Of a stretch of 64,000 nt of DNA, positions 23,131-33,778 are shown piece by piece. The first letter of the stretch is position 1; every line of letters begins with the position of its first letter. The stretch is from positions 64,001 to 128,000 of the forward strand of contig CAWFGE010000015.1 of NCBI GenBank assembly GCA_963815195.1, in the 5' to 3' direction. Source of the DNA: an uncultured Planctomycetaceae bacterium (GTDB lineage Bacteria > Planctomycetota > Planctomycetia > Planctomycetales > Planctomycetaceae). Below the pieces are notes generated by a model. The model was not told the DNA's origin and searched no databases. It saw only the letters and a program-made list of their open reading frames with translations. A program made the position numbers and the translations under genes.

Positions 23131-24384
23131 ATGTTTCGAGTTTCCAGTTATTATGCCGCGGTCCTTGCGGCGGCGATGCCCGCGGCGTGGTTCGGCGGAT
23201 GTCAGCAGAAGAACCAGTTCCAAGCGCCGCCTCCGCCCAAAGTGACCGTCGCGCAACCGGTTCGCCGGCCCGTTGTGGATACGGTGCAGTTCACCGGCAC
23301 GACGCGGGCGTCGGCCACGGTGAATCTCAGGTCGCGAGTTACGGGGTACCTCAAAAAGGTCGATTTCGAGGATGGGGCCAATGTGGAAAAAGACGACCTC
23401 TTGTTCTTGATCGACCAGGACACATTCGAAGCGGAGCTTCATTCGGCCAAGGCCAACCTGCAAAAGGCTCAGGCGGAGCTGCAGTTGTCTCAGGGGAATC
23501 TCGCCCGGATTCAAAAGCTCCACGACCGCGGGGCGGCGACGCAGAACGAATTGGAAGTGCAGCAAGCCCAAGCCGCCAGCGACGCCGCGACCGTGGAAGC
23601 GGCGCAGGCGGCCGTCCGCGAAGCCGAGTTGCAACTGAACTACACAGAAATCCGGGCCCCGATCAGCGGCCGCATTGGCCGGCATCTGGTCGACGAGGGC
23701 AATCTTGTCGAAGCCGAGCAGACCCTGCTCGCGACGATCGAAAGCATCGAACCCATTTATGCCTATTTTACGGTCAGCGAGCGGGAGCTGCTCCGATTCC
23801 GCGAGATGTTCCGCAAAAACGAACTGGTCAAACCGAAGGAACCGCCCACGCTGTATCTCGGCCTCGCCAACGAACCGGGTTACCCCCACGTCGGGAAGCT
23901 CGACTTTCGCGAATTGGGCGTCGATCCGGCGACGGGCACGATTCTCCGCCGAGGCGTCTTTGAGAACCCCGACCATGCCTTGATCCCCGGTCTGTTTGTT
24001 CGCATCCAGGCGACCCTGGGGAGTGCGAAACCGCGCGTCCTCGTCGAGGAAAGAGCCATCGGCACCGACCAACGGGGAAACTTTCTGCTGGTCGTGAATT
24101 CCGACAACATGGTGGAATACCGCTCCGTCCAACTCGGCGTCAGCGTGGACGGGATGCGCGTGGTCCAAAAGGGCGTCGGGCCAGAGGATTGGGTCGTCAT
24201 CAACGGCCTGCAACGTGCCCGGCCCGGGGCCGTTGTCAATCCCGTGCGGTCGAAGATGACGGTTCCCGCAGGCGCTGTCCGCCCGGAGAATTATTCCACT
24301 CCCGACGATCTTGTGCCCGGCAGGCGGAATGACGCTTTATGTTCGCGCGATTCTTCATCGAACGCCCGATCTTCGCCAATGTGA
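23131..24384 (+). CDS. RND efflux periplasmic adaptor (membrane fusion protein)
   Basis: Lipoprotein-like GGC, RSRVTGYL, YTEIRAPISGRIG, VDPATGTI, LIPGLFV, INGLQRARPG. Confidence 0.93.
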   Translation: MFRVSSYYAAVLAAAMPAAWFGGCQQKNQFQAPPPPKVTVAQPVRRPVVDTVQFTGTTRASATVNLRSRVTGYLKKVDFEDGANVEKDDLLFLIDQDTFEAELHSAKANLQKAQAELQLSQGNLARIQKLHDRGAATQNELEVQQAQAASDAATVEAAQAAVREAELQLNYTEIRAPISGRIGRHLVDEGNLVEAEQTLLATIESIEPIYAYFTVSERELLRFREMFRKNELVKPKEPPTLYLGLANEPGYPHVGKLDFRELGVDPATGTILRRGVFENPDHALIPGLFVRIQATLGSAKPRVLVEERAIGTDQRGNFLLVVNSDNMVEYRSVQLGVSVDGMRVVQKGVGPEDWVVINGLQRARPGAVVNPVRSKMTVPAGAVRPENYSTPDDLVPGRRNDALCSRDSSSNARSSPM

Positions 24385-27300
24385 TCGCGGTGATTATTGT
24401 TCTGGTCGGATTGATCTCCCTTTGGCAACTGCCCGTCGAGCAGTACCCGGAGATCACGCCGCCGACGATCCGCGTGACCGCCGCGTATCCGGGAGCTAAC
24501 GCCGAGGTCGTCGCCAGCACCGTGGCGGCCCCGATCGAGCAGCAGGTCAACGGCGTGGAGAACATGCTGTATATGTCGTCCACCTCGTCGAGCGACGGAT
24601 CGTATTCGCTGACGGTGACGTTCGAGATTGGAACCGATCTCGACGCCGCCCAGGTGCTGGTGGAAAACCGTGTGGCCGTCGCCGAGCCGATGCTTCCCGA
24701 AGAAGTCCGCCGTCAGGGCGTGACCACGAAGAAGCAATCGACGAACATCATTCTCGTCATCTCGCTGACGTCGCCGGAGAATCGCTATGGCAGTCTGTTT
24801 CTCTCGAACTACGCGACGCTGCACATGCGGGACGAGTTGAGCCGGCTGGAAGGCGTGGGCGAGGTGGTCGTGTTCGGCGCCTCGAATTACAGCATGCGGA
24901 TCTGGCTGAACGCGGAGAAGCTCAAAGCCCGCTCCCTGACGACCGAGGATGTGGCCGACGCCATCCGCGAGCAGAACGTGCAGGTCGCGGCGGGACAGAT
25001 CGGCCAGCCGCCCACGCCGCCCGGCAAAGAACTCGCCTTTCAATACACGGTGACCACGCTCGGCCGGCTCAGCACGGTGGAGCAGTTCGAAGACATCATT
25101 GTGAAAGGCGGCGAAGGAACCCGCGTGACCCGGCTCAAGGACGTGGCCCGCGTCGAATTGGGGGCCCAGAGCTACGACCAGTACAATCTCAAGCAAGGCC
25201 AGCCGACGGCGAACATCGGCATCTACCAACTTCCCGGCAGCAACGCCCTCGACGTGGCCGAGCGCGTCCGCAGCACGACCGAACGTTTGAGCCAATCCTT
25301 TCCCGAAGGCATCCGCTATGATTTTCCGCTGGACACAACGCAGTTCGTGAACGCTTCGGTTCACGCGGTTTATCGAACGCTGATCGAAGCCGGCGTGTTG
25401 GTCTTGATTGTGATTCTGGTGTTTCTCGAGGATTGGCGGGCGATGCTGGTTCCCGCGACGACCGTGCCGGTGACCATTATCGGGGCCTTTTTCGCAATGG
25501 CGCTCTTGGGCTATACCGTCAACATGCTCACGTTGTTCGGGCTGGTGCTGGCGATCGGAATTGTCGTGGACGATGCGATTGTCGTTGTCGAGAACGCCGC
25601 CCATCACATTGAAGAAGGCATGGCCCCCAAGCCTGCGACCATCAAAGCCATGAGCGAGGTTTTGGGCCCGATCATCGGCATCACGCTCGTGTTGATGTCG
25701 GTCTTCCTGCCCACGGTGTTTTTGGGAGGCATTACCGGCCGGCTCTATCAACAGTTCGCGTTGACGATCGCAGCGACCGCGCTCATCAGCGCGATCAACG
25801 CCATGACCCTCAAACCCGCCCAGTGCGCCTTATGGCTTCGTCCGCCCAAAGAGCGAAAGAACTTTTTTTCGCGGGGCTTCAATGCGGTTTATGGATGGAT
25901 TGAGCGGGTTTATGCGGCGATTGTCGGGTTTCTCGTCGGGCACGCGGCGATTGTGATGCTGGTCTTCGTTTCGCTCATCGCGCTGACCGCGTGGTGGTAC
26001 GTCCGCGTGCCCACGGGCTTCTTCCCCACGGAGGACCAGGGCTACATTCTCGTCAGCGTGCAGCTCCCGGACGCCGCGTCCCAGCAGCGCAGCCGCCAAG
26101 TCATGGCCCGGCTCGACAAGATCCTCGAGAAGACGCCCGGCGTGGCGGATTGGATCACCATCGGCGGGCTCTCGCTGTTGGACAACAGCTCGGCCCCCAA
26201 CGCGGGCACGTTGTTCGTGACCTTCGAGCCCTGGGACGAACGGCTTCCAAAGGGGCTGACGTTGGAAGCCATTCTGAAGGATTTGCGAGGCCGCTTCTCC
26301 GAGGTGGAAGACGCGGTCGTGTTTCCGTTTGCGCCCCGGCCATTCGGGGGCTGGGCGTGCGCGGCGGATTTGAGATGCAGATCCAGGACCGGGGCGACTT
26401 GGGACGCCAGGCCCTGTATCAGGTCGTCATCGAAACCGTCCACGATGCGGAGAGTCAAACCGGCCTGACCGCGATGAACACCACCTTCCGCTCCGGCGTG
26501 CCGCAGATTTATGTCGATGTGGACCGGGTGAAAGTCAAATCGCTGAACGTGCCGCTCGCCAGCGTGTTTAACACGCTGCAAACCTATCTCGGTTCGACCT
26601 ATGTGAACGACTTCAACAAATTCGGCCGTGTTTACCAGGTCCGGGTTCAGGCGGAGGCAAAATTCCGGGCCGATCCCGAGGACATCCGCCGCCTGGACGT
26701 TCGCAATCGAGACGGGGACATGGTCCCGTTGGGGACCGTCGTCGATGTGCGCGAGGCCTTCGGCCCGCAGACGATCGGCCGCTATAACCTTTACCCGTCC
26801 GCCTCGGTCACGGGCGAGCCGGCTCCGGGCTACAGCACCGGCGAGGCGCTCGAGCTGATGGAGCAGATCGCCGCCGACAATTTGCCGCCACAGATGGGTT
26901 ACGAGTGGACGGGCATGGCCTATCAGGAGAAGCAGGTGGGCGGAGAAGCGTTCCTCGTGTTCGGCATGGCGGTGCTCTTGGTGTATCTCGTGCTCGCGGC
27001 CCAGTACGAAAGCTGGTTCATTCCGGCGGCGGTGATTCTGGTTGTGCCGTTGGGTCTGTTGGGGTCGGTGGCCGCGGTTTCCTTGCGCGGCATGGACAAC
27101 AACCTCTACACGCAAATCGGAATCGTGCTCATCATTGCGCTCGCGAGCAAGAATGCGATTTTGATCGTCGAGTTCGCCCGCGACATTCACGCGGCGGGCG
27201 AAACGATCCACGCGTCGGCGGTCGAAGCAGCCCGGCGGCGGTTCCGGCCGATTTTGATGACCTCGTTCGCCTTCATCCTGGGCGTGGTGCCTCTGGTAAT

Positions 27301-27493
27301 CGCCGAAGGAGCCGGGGCCGCGGGACAGCGGGCCTTGGGGACGGCGGTCTTCGGCGGAATGATCGCCTCGACGGTGCTGGCGGTGTTCTTCGTGCCGGTG
27401 TTTTTTGTGGTGTTTCAGAGCCTGGCCGAGCTATGGACCCGCCGCGGCCGGAAATCCCTTTATGACACGGAAGACAGCCAGCCCGCAACCTGA
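24339..27493 (+). CDS. RND efflux permease (HAE1/AcrB family), frameshift at ~26334-26337
   Basis: MFARFFIERPIFA, LPVEQYPEITPP, GIVVDDAIVVVEN, KNAILIVEFA, RFRPILMTS. One missing C in a C-run joins the two ORFs. Confidence 0.95.
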
Positions 27494-27678
27494 ATCGTGG
27501 CCTGTCCAAGCATCCGCCCACTGACAAAATGGAGACGACGCCGGCGTCTCTTTCCCGAGGGCGGACTTTACCGCTGGGTCAATTTCCGGTATCTTCCCGC
27601 CCCTTCCTCAAATTGACAATCCCATAAATCCCAGCGAACGCAGACAGCCGCAACGTAGGCCGCAGCAGGAGGTTGCGC

Positions 27679-28671
27679 ATGATTCCCCGGACGGGTTCGG
27701 TGCGAAGAGGCCGTTTCGCGCGGATGATTGCGCTCGTCGTTTTGCCGGCGTTGGGCTGTGCGGCGGCGCCTTATCACTACGGGCGATTTCATCCGCAGGA
27801 GCCCACGGGCCGGTCGGTCGAGCCGGTCGAAATTGTTTATGGAAAACCGCACAAAACGCTGGACCGGATGGCCTGGGTGATTGGGCTCCCCAACCGCATT
27901 CTGACCCTCAACAAGAACACGGACAATCACAAGATCGCCCCGGAAACCGTTGAGCAACTCAAGGTCTATCTCGCGGAAAACGACATCACCGACGTGTATG
28001 TCGCAGTGAACGATTATGACCCTAAAGGGCAGTGGAAGCGGCTCATCGCCAACGAGCGGATCGCCCCGTTTTGGCGATACTCGGCCGGTGTTTTCACCTG
28101 GCTCGGATACACCTGCTTTCCGAACCGCGTGTTCGGCGGCGACCGTTATGACCCCTATGCGAACACGTTGAATCTCAGTTCGGATGTGCCGGCGGTTGTT
28201 TTGTCCGAAGCGGCGTACGCCAAGGACATTCATTCCCAGCGCTATCCCGGCGCTTATGCCGCGATCGTCAACGACCTGCCCGTCCTGTCTGTCTGGCGGA
28301 AAACCCGGGCGGCAAACGACGTTTTGGGATATGCCTCGGTCAACGACGACTGGCACACGGAAGAGGAGGCTTACCAAGTCCTCTACCCCCAAATTGGAGC
28401 GGCCGCGTTCGGCACGGCGGCTCCGTTTGTCCCAACCTTCGGCCCGCTGTTGACTTGGGGCGGTGCCGCGGCCGGCCATGTCACCGGCCGCACGGTGGCC
28501 TACATCCAACGCCCGAAAGCCCCAACGCCGGCAGAGCCGGAAGACTCGGAAGGCCCCATTCAGGCGAACTATTCCGAAAGCCAAGACGAAAACCCCGATA
28601 CAACCCATGTTCTCGACAAATTGCCTAAAATCCATGCGTTCAGACGGCCGATGTCAGATTCACACCGTTGA
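27679..28671 (+). CDS. Hypothetical lipoprotein
   Basis: Lipobox-like PALGC after a basic/hydrophobic N-terminus, GGAGG upstream, codon usage typical of the window. Confidence 0.7.
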   Translation: MIPRTGSVRRGRFARMIALVVLPALGCAAAPYHYGRFHPQEPTGRSVEPVEIVYGKPHKTLDRMAWVIGLPNRILTLNKNTDNHKIAPETVEQLKVYLAENDITDVYVAVNDYDPKGQWKRLIANERIAPFWRYSAGVFTWLGYTCFPNRVFGGDRYDPYANTLNLSSDVPAVVLSEAAYAKDIHSQRYPGAYAAIVNDLPVLSVWRKTRAANDVLGYASVNDDWHTEEEAYQVLYPQIGAAAFGTAAPFVPTFGPLLTWGGAAAGHVTGRTVAYIQRPKAPTPAEPEDSEGPIQANYSESQDENPDTTHVLDKLPKIHAFRRPMSDSHR

Positions 28672-28735
28672 CCGGCGGCGGGGGAACCGTAGAATTCATA
28701 TTTCGGCGCAGGAAAATTGGGTAAGGAGTGAGGAC

Positions 28736-29671
28736 ATGGCAACCGACATCTCGCGCAAAGAGCGACTCCCCGATCTTACGGATCGGATTGTGGCCAGCTA
28801 TTTGGACATCGGCACAATGAACCACCTCGGCCATTGCCCGCTGCCCAGTCCCGACGCCGTCGTGGAGATTGCCCAGGATCTCAAAGATGTAATCTTCCCC
28901 GGCTACCGCCGGCGGCAGAATCTGCACATGGGCAACGTGATGTACCACGTCGGGGATCTGATCGACGGGCTGCACGACAAACTCACCACGCAGATCGCCC
29001 GGGCGCTCAGCCACGCTTACGATTTGGAGCACGGCCTCCAGTGCGAGAAAAAACGGCACATCGATTTCGAGGCCCTCGGCCAGGAAAAGGCGCTCGCGTT
29101 TCTGGACACGCTGCCCAATTTGCGAAAGAAACTCGCCTCCGATGTCCAGGCCGCCTACGACGGCGATCCCGCCGCCGCGAGTTTGGATGAGATCATTTTC
29201 TGCTATCCGGGCCTGGAAGCGGTGACGATTTACCGCGTCGCCCACGAGCTCAACCGCTTGGGGGTCCCGCTGATTCCCCGCATGCTCAGCGAGTGGTCCC
29301 ACGGGAATACGGGGATCGACATTCATCCCGGGGCCCAGATCGGTCCTTCGTTTTTCATTGACCACGGCACCGGCGTCGTCATCGGGGAAACCTGCGAGAT
29401 CGCAGCCCACGTCAAGATCTATCAAGGCGTGACCTTGGGAGCGCTCAGCTTTGCGAAAGACGAAGAGGGCAACCTGATCCGCGGCCACAAACGCCATCCC
29501 ACGATCGAAGAAAACGTGGTGATCTACTCCAACGCCACGATCCTGGGCGGCGACACGGTGATCGGCCGCAACTCGGTCATCGGCGCCAGCGTGTCCTTGA
29601 GCAAAAGCGTCCCGCCGAACACGGTGGTGACCATCGAAAAACCCACGCTCCGCTTCCGCGAAGCCTCGTAA
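28736..29671 (+). CDS. cysE: Serine O-acetyltransferase (large EpsC-type)
   Basis: [49 protein letters not shown]. Confidence 0.92.
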   Translation: MATDISRKERLPDLTDRIVASYLDIGTMNHLGHCPLPSPDAVVEIAQDLKDVIFPGYRRRQNLHMGNVMYHVGDLIDGLHDKLTTQIARALSHAYDLEHGLQCEKKRHIDFEALGQEKALAFLDTLPNLRKKLASDVQAAYDGDPAAASLDEIIFCYPGLEAVTIYRVAHELNRLGVPLIPRMLSEWSHGNTGIDIHPGAQIGPSFFIDHGTGVVIGETCEIAAHVKIYQGVTLGALSFAKDEEGNLIRGHKRHPTIEENVVIYSNATILGGDTVIGRNSVIGASVSLSKSVPPNTVVTIEKPTLRFREAS

Positions 29672-29705
29672 GCCAGGAGACAATCCCAATATGACCAAAT
29701 TCTTT

Positions 29706-29732
29706 GGCGAGCGGCCAGCGTAAGCGGGCTGG
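29706..29732 (+). repeat. GGCGAGCG-family REP-like palindrome (variant)
   Basis: GGCGAGCGGCCAGCGTAAGCGGGCTGG just after the cysE stop. Confidence 0.65.
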
Positions 29733-29893
29733 TTGGCTACGATCGCACGTGACGGTGCCTTCATCATTGGGATTTCAAGAAATGGTAGCTTCACGCGGGA
29801 AATCTCTTACAATCTACACCACCAAAGGATGGAGGCGGTGCGGATCGGAGTTGCGGACGTTTATCCCGTTGCACGAAAGCTGCGCGAAAGACT

Positions 29894-32065
29894 ATGGCGA
29901 GATTCCTCACTGTGGGGGCGGCCCAGATGGGGCCGGTCGGCCGGAACGAAAGCCGATCCGCGGTCGTTGTCCGCTTGCTCGAACTGATGCGGGAGGCCAA
30001 GAGCCGGCATTGCGATCTCGTCGTGTTCACCGAGTGCGCGCTCACCCCGTTTTTCCCGCGGTGGTGGGAAGACGACCCGGCCGCGTGCGATGCCTGGTTC
30101 GAGCGGGATTTGCCGGGGCCCGGCACGCATCTGCTCTTTAACGAGGCCCAGAAACTCGGCATCGCGTTCCATTTGGGTTTTGCCGAACTGGCCGAGGAAG
30201 ACGGCGGGCTTCGCCGCTACAACACCAGCATTCTTGTAGGACCCGACGGAAAGGTCATCGGAAAATATCGCAAAATTCATCTGCCCGGCCTCACCCAGCG
30301 CGAGGGCGAAAACCCCCACCGCTCTTACGAGAAGCATTATTTTGAGGTGGGGAATCTGGGCTTCGGGGCTTGGAAGGCTCTCGGCGGCGTGGTGGGCATG
30401 TGCCTGGGCAACGACCGCCGCTGGCCGGAATCCTACCGCATGCTCGCGCTCCAGGGGGCCGAGATCGTCCTCGTCGGCTACAACACCGCCGCCGACCATC
30501 CGGGACATCCCGAACTCGATCACCTGACCAATTTTCATAGCATGCTGAGCATGCAGGCCGGGGCTTATCAAAACGGCTGTTTCGTCGTGGGGGTGGCCAA
30601 GGCCGGTCTGGAAGAGGGCTTCCATCAAATCGGCCGCTCGGTGATCCTGGCACCGTCCGGCGAGGTCGTCGTCCAGTGCACCTCGCTGCGGGATGAACTC
30701 ATTGTCCACCGCTGCGATCTCAATCAAACCCGGCTCTATAAGGACCACATCTTCAACTTCGCGGCCCACCGGGAGATCGCAGCGTATTCGCTGCTCACCG
30801 AGACCCGCGGCCCGATCGCCCCCCGCGAACCCGGCGAGTTTCCGATCATCGCCGGCCCCGCTGTTTCCGCGGCCCCGGAAACGAGTGTCGCGCTGCCTGT
30901 CGACGACACGGCGGCGATTGAAAAACTTTTCAAAGAAGAGTACGGATATTCTGCGGAGACCGCCCAGGATTTGGCGGAACGAGCCAAACTCGCCCGCGAT
31001 CTGCCGAAAGAAAAACCCGCCGGCGAAACTGCTCCGGAAAAGCCCGCGAAGTCGGTGCCGTCAAAATTGCCTCAACAGAAAATCGCGTCCAAGCCTTCCC
31101 CCCCCAAAGCCCCGGCGGATCCGCTCGAAGGGGTTCGAGAGGTGCTCCAGGAGACGTATCACTATTCCGCGGAAGCGATCGAGCCGATTGTCGAGCAGGC
31201 TCGCCGGGCGTTGGAACTGCAGAAATCCCCGGAAACGGAGCCGCAGGCTCCCAAACCGGTCTTGCCCACGCCCAAAAAAGCTTCGACCGCGGCGGAGATT
31301 CTGGCCAAGGCGCGGTCCAAGTCCAAACCGGCCGCCGAAGGCCAACCGGCTCCCCCAATCGCTCCGCCATTGACTGGAGGAGCGGCCGACGACATCGGCT
31401 GGCTGCCGGGGCGATTCCCGGAAAGAACCGGCGAGTTGCCCGACCGGACCGCGGCGATCGTGGGGCGATTGACGGCGGACTATCGCTATCCCGAACCGGC
31501 CGCGCGGAAGGTGGCGGAATGGGCCGAGGCCGCGTGGCAAAAAATGCACGAAGCGGAAGAACCAGCCCCCGCACGGTCCGCCGAGATGTTCGTTCCGGAA
31601 AAACAGGCGAAAGCCGAGTCGGACGGACGCCAACCACTCACCGCCCACATCGCCCCGCGTCCGCTGCCCGACACCGCGCCGTCCCTGTCTGGGGAAGCGG
31701 CCTTTGCGGTTTACAGCCTGTTGACCGATACGTACGGCTACGCGCCCAAGTCAGCCCGCTCGATTGCCGAGCAAGCCAACACCGCCTGGGAGCGCTGGCA
31801 AACTCCCCCGGCCGAAGCGGAAGACGCAAAACCCGCGGCCAAAGTGTCGCCCAAGTCCGCGAAGCCGGTCTCGGCAAAAACGAAGGTCCCCGCAACGTCG
31901 GCGACCGCGGTGGCGGAAGAAAAGGCGGATCGGGACCTGGCAAGCGTGCCCTGTCCGGAATGCGGGTTCCTGCTCAAGGTCGACCGGACCGATCCCACGA
32001 TGCGCGGCCGCAAAGCCCGCTGCCCGCAATGCCAAACCAAATTTCGCCTGCCGGAATCGATCTGA
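29894..32065 (+). CDS. N-carbamoyl-D-amino-acid hydrolase-like nitrilase domain (catalytic Cys apparently Gly) fused to four helical repeats, low-complexity linkers and a C-terminal Zn ribbon
   Basis: VGAAQMGP, VFTECALT, KYRKIHLPG, EKHYFEVGNLGF, GMCLGNDRRWPE. C-terminal CPECG...CPQCQTKF. Confidence 0.85.
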   Translation: MARFLTVGAAQMGPVGRNESRSAVVVRLLELMREAKSRHCDLVVFTECALTPFFPRWWEDDPAACDAWFERDLPGPGTHLLFNEAQKLGIAFHLGFAELAEEDGGLRRYNTSILVGPDGKVIGKYRKIHLPGLTQREGENPHRSYEKHYFEVGNLGFGAWKALGGVVGMCLGNDRRWPESYRMLALQGAEIVLVGYNTAADHPGHPELDHLTNFHSMLSMQAGAYQNGCFVVGVAKAGLEEGFHQIGRSVILAPSGEVVVQCTSLRDELIVHRCDLNQTRLYKDHIFNFAAHREIAAYSLLTETRGPIAPREPGEFPIIAGPAVSAAPETSVALPVDDTAAIEKLFKEEYGYSAETAQDLAERAKLARDLPKEKPAGETAPEKPAKSVPSKLPQQKIASKPSPPKAPADPLEGVREVLQETYHYSAEAIEPIVEQARRALELQKSPETEPQAPKPVLPTPKKASTAAEILAKARSKSKPAAEGQPAPPIAPPLTGGAADDIGWLPGRFPERTGELPDRTAAIVGRLTADYRYPEPAARKVAEWAEAAWQKMHEAEEPAPARSAEMFVPEKQAKAESDGRQPLTAHIAPRPLPDTAPSLSGEAAFAVYSLLTDTYGYAPKSARSIAEQANTAWERWQTPPAEAEDAKPAAKVSPKSAKPVSAKTKVPATSATAVAEEKADRDLASVPCPECGFLLKVDRTDPTMRGRKARCPQCQTKFRLPESI

Positions 32066-32074
32066 GAATCCATG

Positions 32075-32130
32075 AGCCCGAAGCGCAAACGAGGGAAGGA
32101 TTCTAAAATCCCTCGCTTGCGCTTCGGGCT
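32075..32130. repeat. AGCCCGAAGCGCAA-family palindromic repeat between convergent genes
   Basis: AGCCCGAAGCGCAAACGAGGGA / TCCCTCGCTTGCGCTTCGGGCT, a 22-bp inverted repeat with one mismatch. Confidence 0.8.
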
Positions 32131-32155
32131 AATTCGGACAGACCGTAACGGGTTT

Positions 32156-32773
32156 TCAGTCCAGGAAAATCCGCTGGTAACCTTCGTAGACGACATCCAA
32201 CACGTCCCGGCCGCGGGGCGTCGTCTTGTAGCGGACGAAATCTTCGTTTCGCGCAGCTTCCTCGACGATGGCCACTTTCACGTCATCGTCGTAGAACCAG
32301 ACCGGCGATTTCAGGTGCTCTAAAATCGCGTGCAGGTCTTCTTCGTGCGTCGGCAAAAACACCGTGCCGTCGAGGAAAAACTGGTAGCCGTATTCCTCCA
32401 GCTTCGGCCAGGGCAAATCCCCGGCGTTCTCACCCTGGTAATAAGGCAAAAGCACCGACTCGTCGGGCTTTACATTCGGATTGTGCAGCATGTCGATCGC
32501 GTTCCACGGGCAGATTTCCAGGTTGTAATGGTCCGTACTCTCTGTGGGGATGCGATAGCACAACTGGCAGCCGATGCACCGGGAGGTGTCCACCTGGTGG
32601 AAACTCTCCGACGGAATAGGACTGGGCACCTCGTAAATACAGTCCACCGGGCACTGGGAGGCGCAGGCGTTGCATGAGGTGCAGTTGTCTTTATTGATGA
32701 CCGCCAGATACCGCGTTTCCTTTTTGCGGTCGGATTTGCGGGTTTTGAAATACTCATCCACCGAGATGGTCAT
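32156..32773 (-). CDS. 4Fe-4S dicluster domain protein with C-terminal extension
   Basis: CTSCNACASQCP and CIGCQLC...ICPW motifs. Confidence 0.9.
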   Translation of the reverse strand: MTISVDEYFKTRKSDRKKETRYLAVINKDNCTSCNACASQCPVDCIYEVPSPIPSESFHQVDTSRCIGCQLCYRIPTESTDHYNLEICPWNAIDMLHNPNVKPDESVLLPYYQGENAGDLPWPKLEEYGYQFFLDGTVFLPTHEEDLHAILEHLKSPVWFYDDDVKVAIVEEAARNEDFVRYKTTPRGRDVLDVVYEGYQRIFLD

Positions 32774-32980
32774 ATTTACCGCCCGTGGGAAGGGAATCCA
32801 AAAAAACCTCTAAAACGTTCGCGTGTATTCTAGTGGTTCTTCCGAGGGAAAAAATGCAAAAACAACGGGGAAACGCGGAAATCCCAAAATCGAGAAATCT
32901 TCCCGACGGATTCTTCGTCTCCGGTTCGCTCGCTCCCATTCTCCCCCGTTTCGTCCTTGGCGCCTTGGTGGGTGAACGAA

Positions 32981-33448
32981 TCAGTCGCCGGCGTTTTCGT
33001 TGGACTTGCTCGGAAATTGGAGCGGTTTGTGGCCGCCCTTGCGGCGGATCCAGTTGACGACCCGTTCCACGGCGGAGCGGTGCAGAATCCAGCATTCCAC
33101 TTCGCGTTTGCGGGGGAAATTGACCATCGACAGCCCCAGCACGATCGTCAGAATGCCCTGGCCTGGGAGAACCAGCATGGCAATCCCCCCCAAAATCAGC
33201 ACCGCTCCCAGCACGTTTTTCCCGATGAGAAACGCCCACCGCAGCACGGGATGCCGGTCTTTGAAATGGTCGCGGTGATGCCCGCGGACAAAATAATCCT
33301 CCGGCAACCGGGAAATGATGTAGGGGACGGCGAGCAAACTGATGATAAATGTCGCTACCGAAAGCCCGCCCAGCCACTCGACCAACTCCGAATGTTCATC
33401 AATCCAATACACTCGGAAGACCACCTTCAACAATTGCCAGCATCTCAA
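32981..33448 (-). CDS. PGPGW-domain membrane protein; start uncertain
   Basis: LPEDYF and KNVLG...MLVLPGQGILTIVLGL...FPRKR. Confidence 0.8.
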   Translation of the reverse strand: MRCWQLLKVVFRVYWIDEHSELVEWLGGLSVATFIISLLAVPYIISRLPEDYFVRGHHRDHFKDRHPVLRWAFLIGKNVLGAVLILGGIAMLVLPGQGILTIVLGLSMVNFPRKREVECWILHRSAVERVVNWIRRKGGHKPLQFPSKSNENAGD

Positions 33449-33683
33449 AAATCGGCGGACCGGCCACGAGAACAGGCCCGCGATTCGGCCGCCCGCGCCC
33501 TCTCTGCAAAAGAGAGGGAACGAGGCAACACGGAAATCCTTTGGAGATTGTTCGCCAAAGGCCGCGGCCCTTCAAGGCCGAAAACGTGTTTCGGCGCACT
33601 GGATCACGGAGTCTCCCCAAGTCCCCGATGCGCTGTGTGGGAGATATTGAGACCCTCGCCGCTCGAGAACAAACTTCCCCACA

Positions 33684-33747
33684 ATCAGCCGGAATGCGCT
33701 AGCGTCCGGTTGTTCCAGTGAACCGGAGCGAGCGCCCGCCGGCGAAT
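33684..33747. repeat. Paired degenerate palindromic repeat (GCGCTAGC family)
   Basis: ATCAGCCGGAATGCGCTAGCGTCCGGTT...AACCGGAGCGAGCGCCCGCCGGCGAAT. Confidence 0.55.
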
Positions 33748-33778
33748 GAATTGCCTTTGGCGGCACCCAGCGTTTGGG

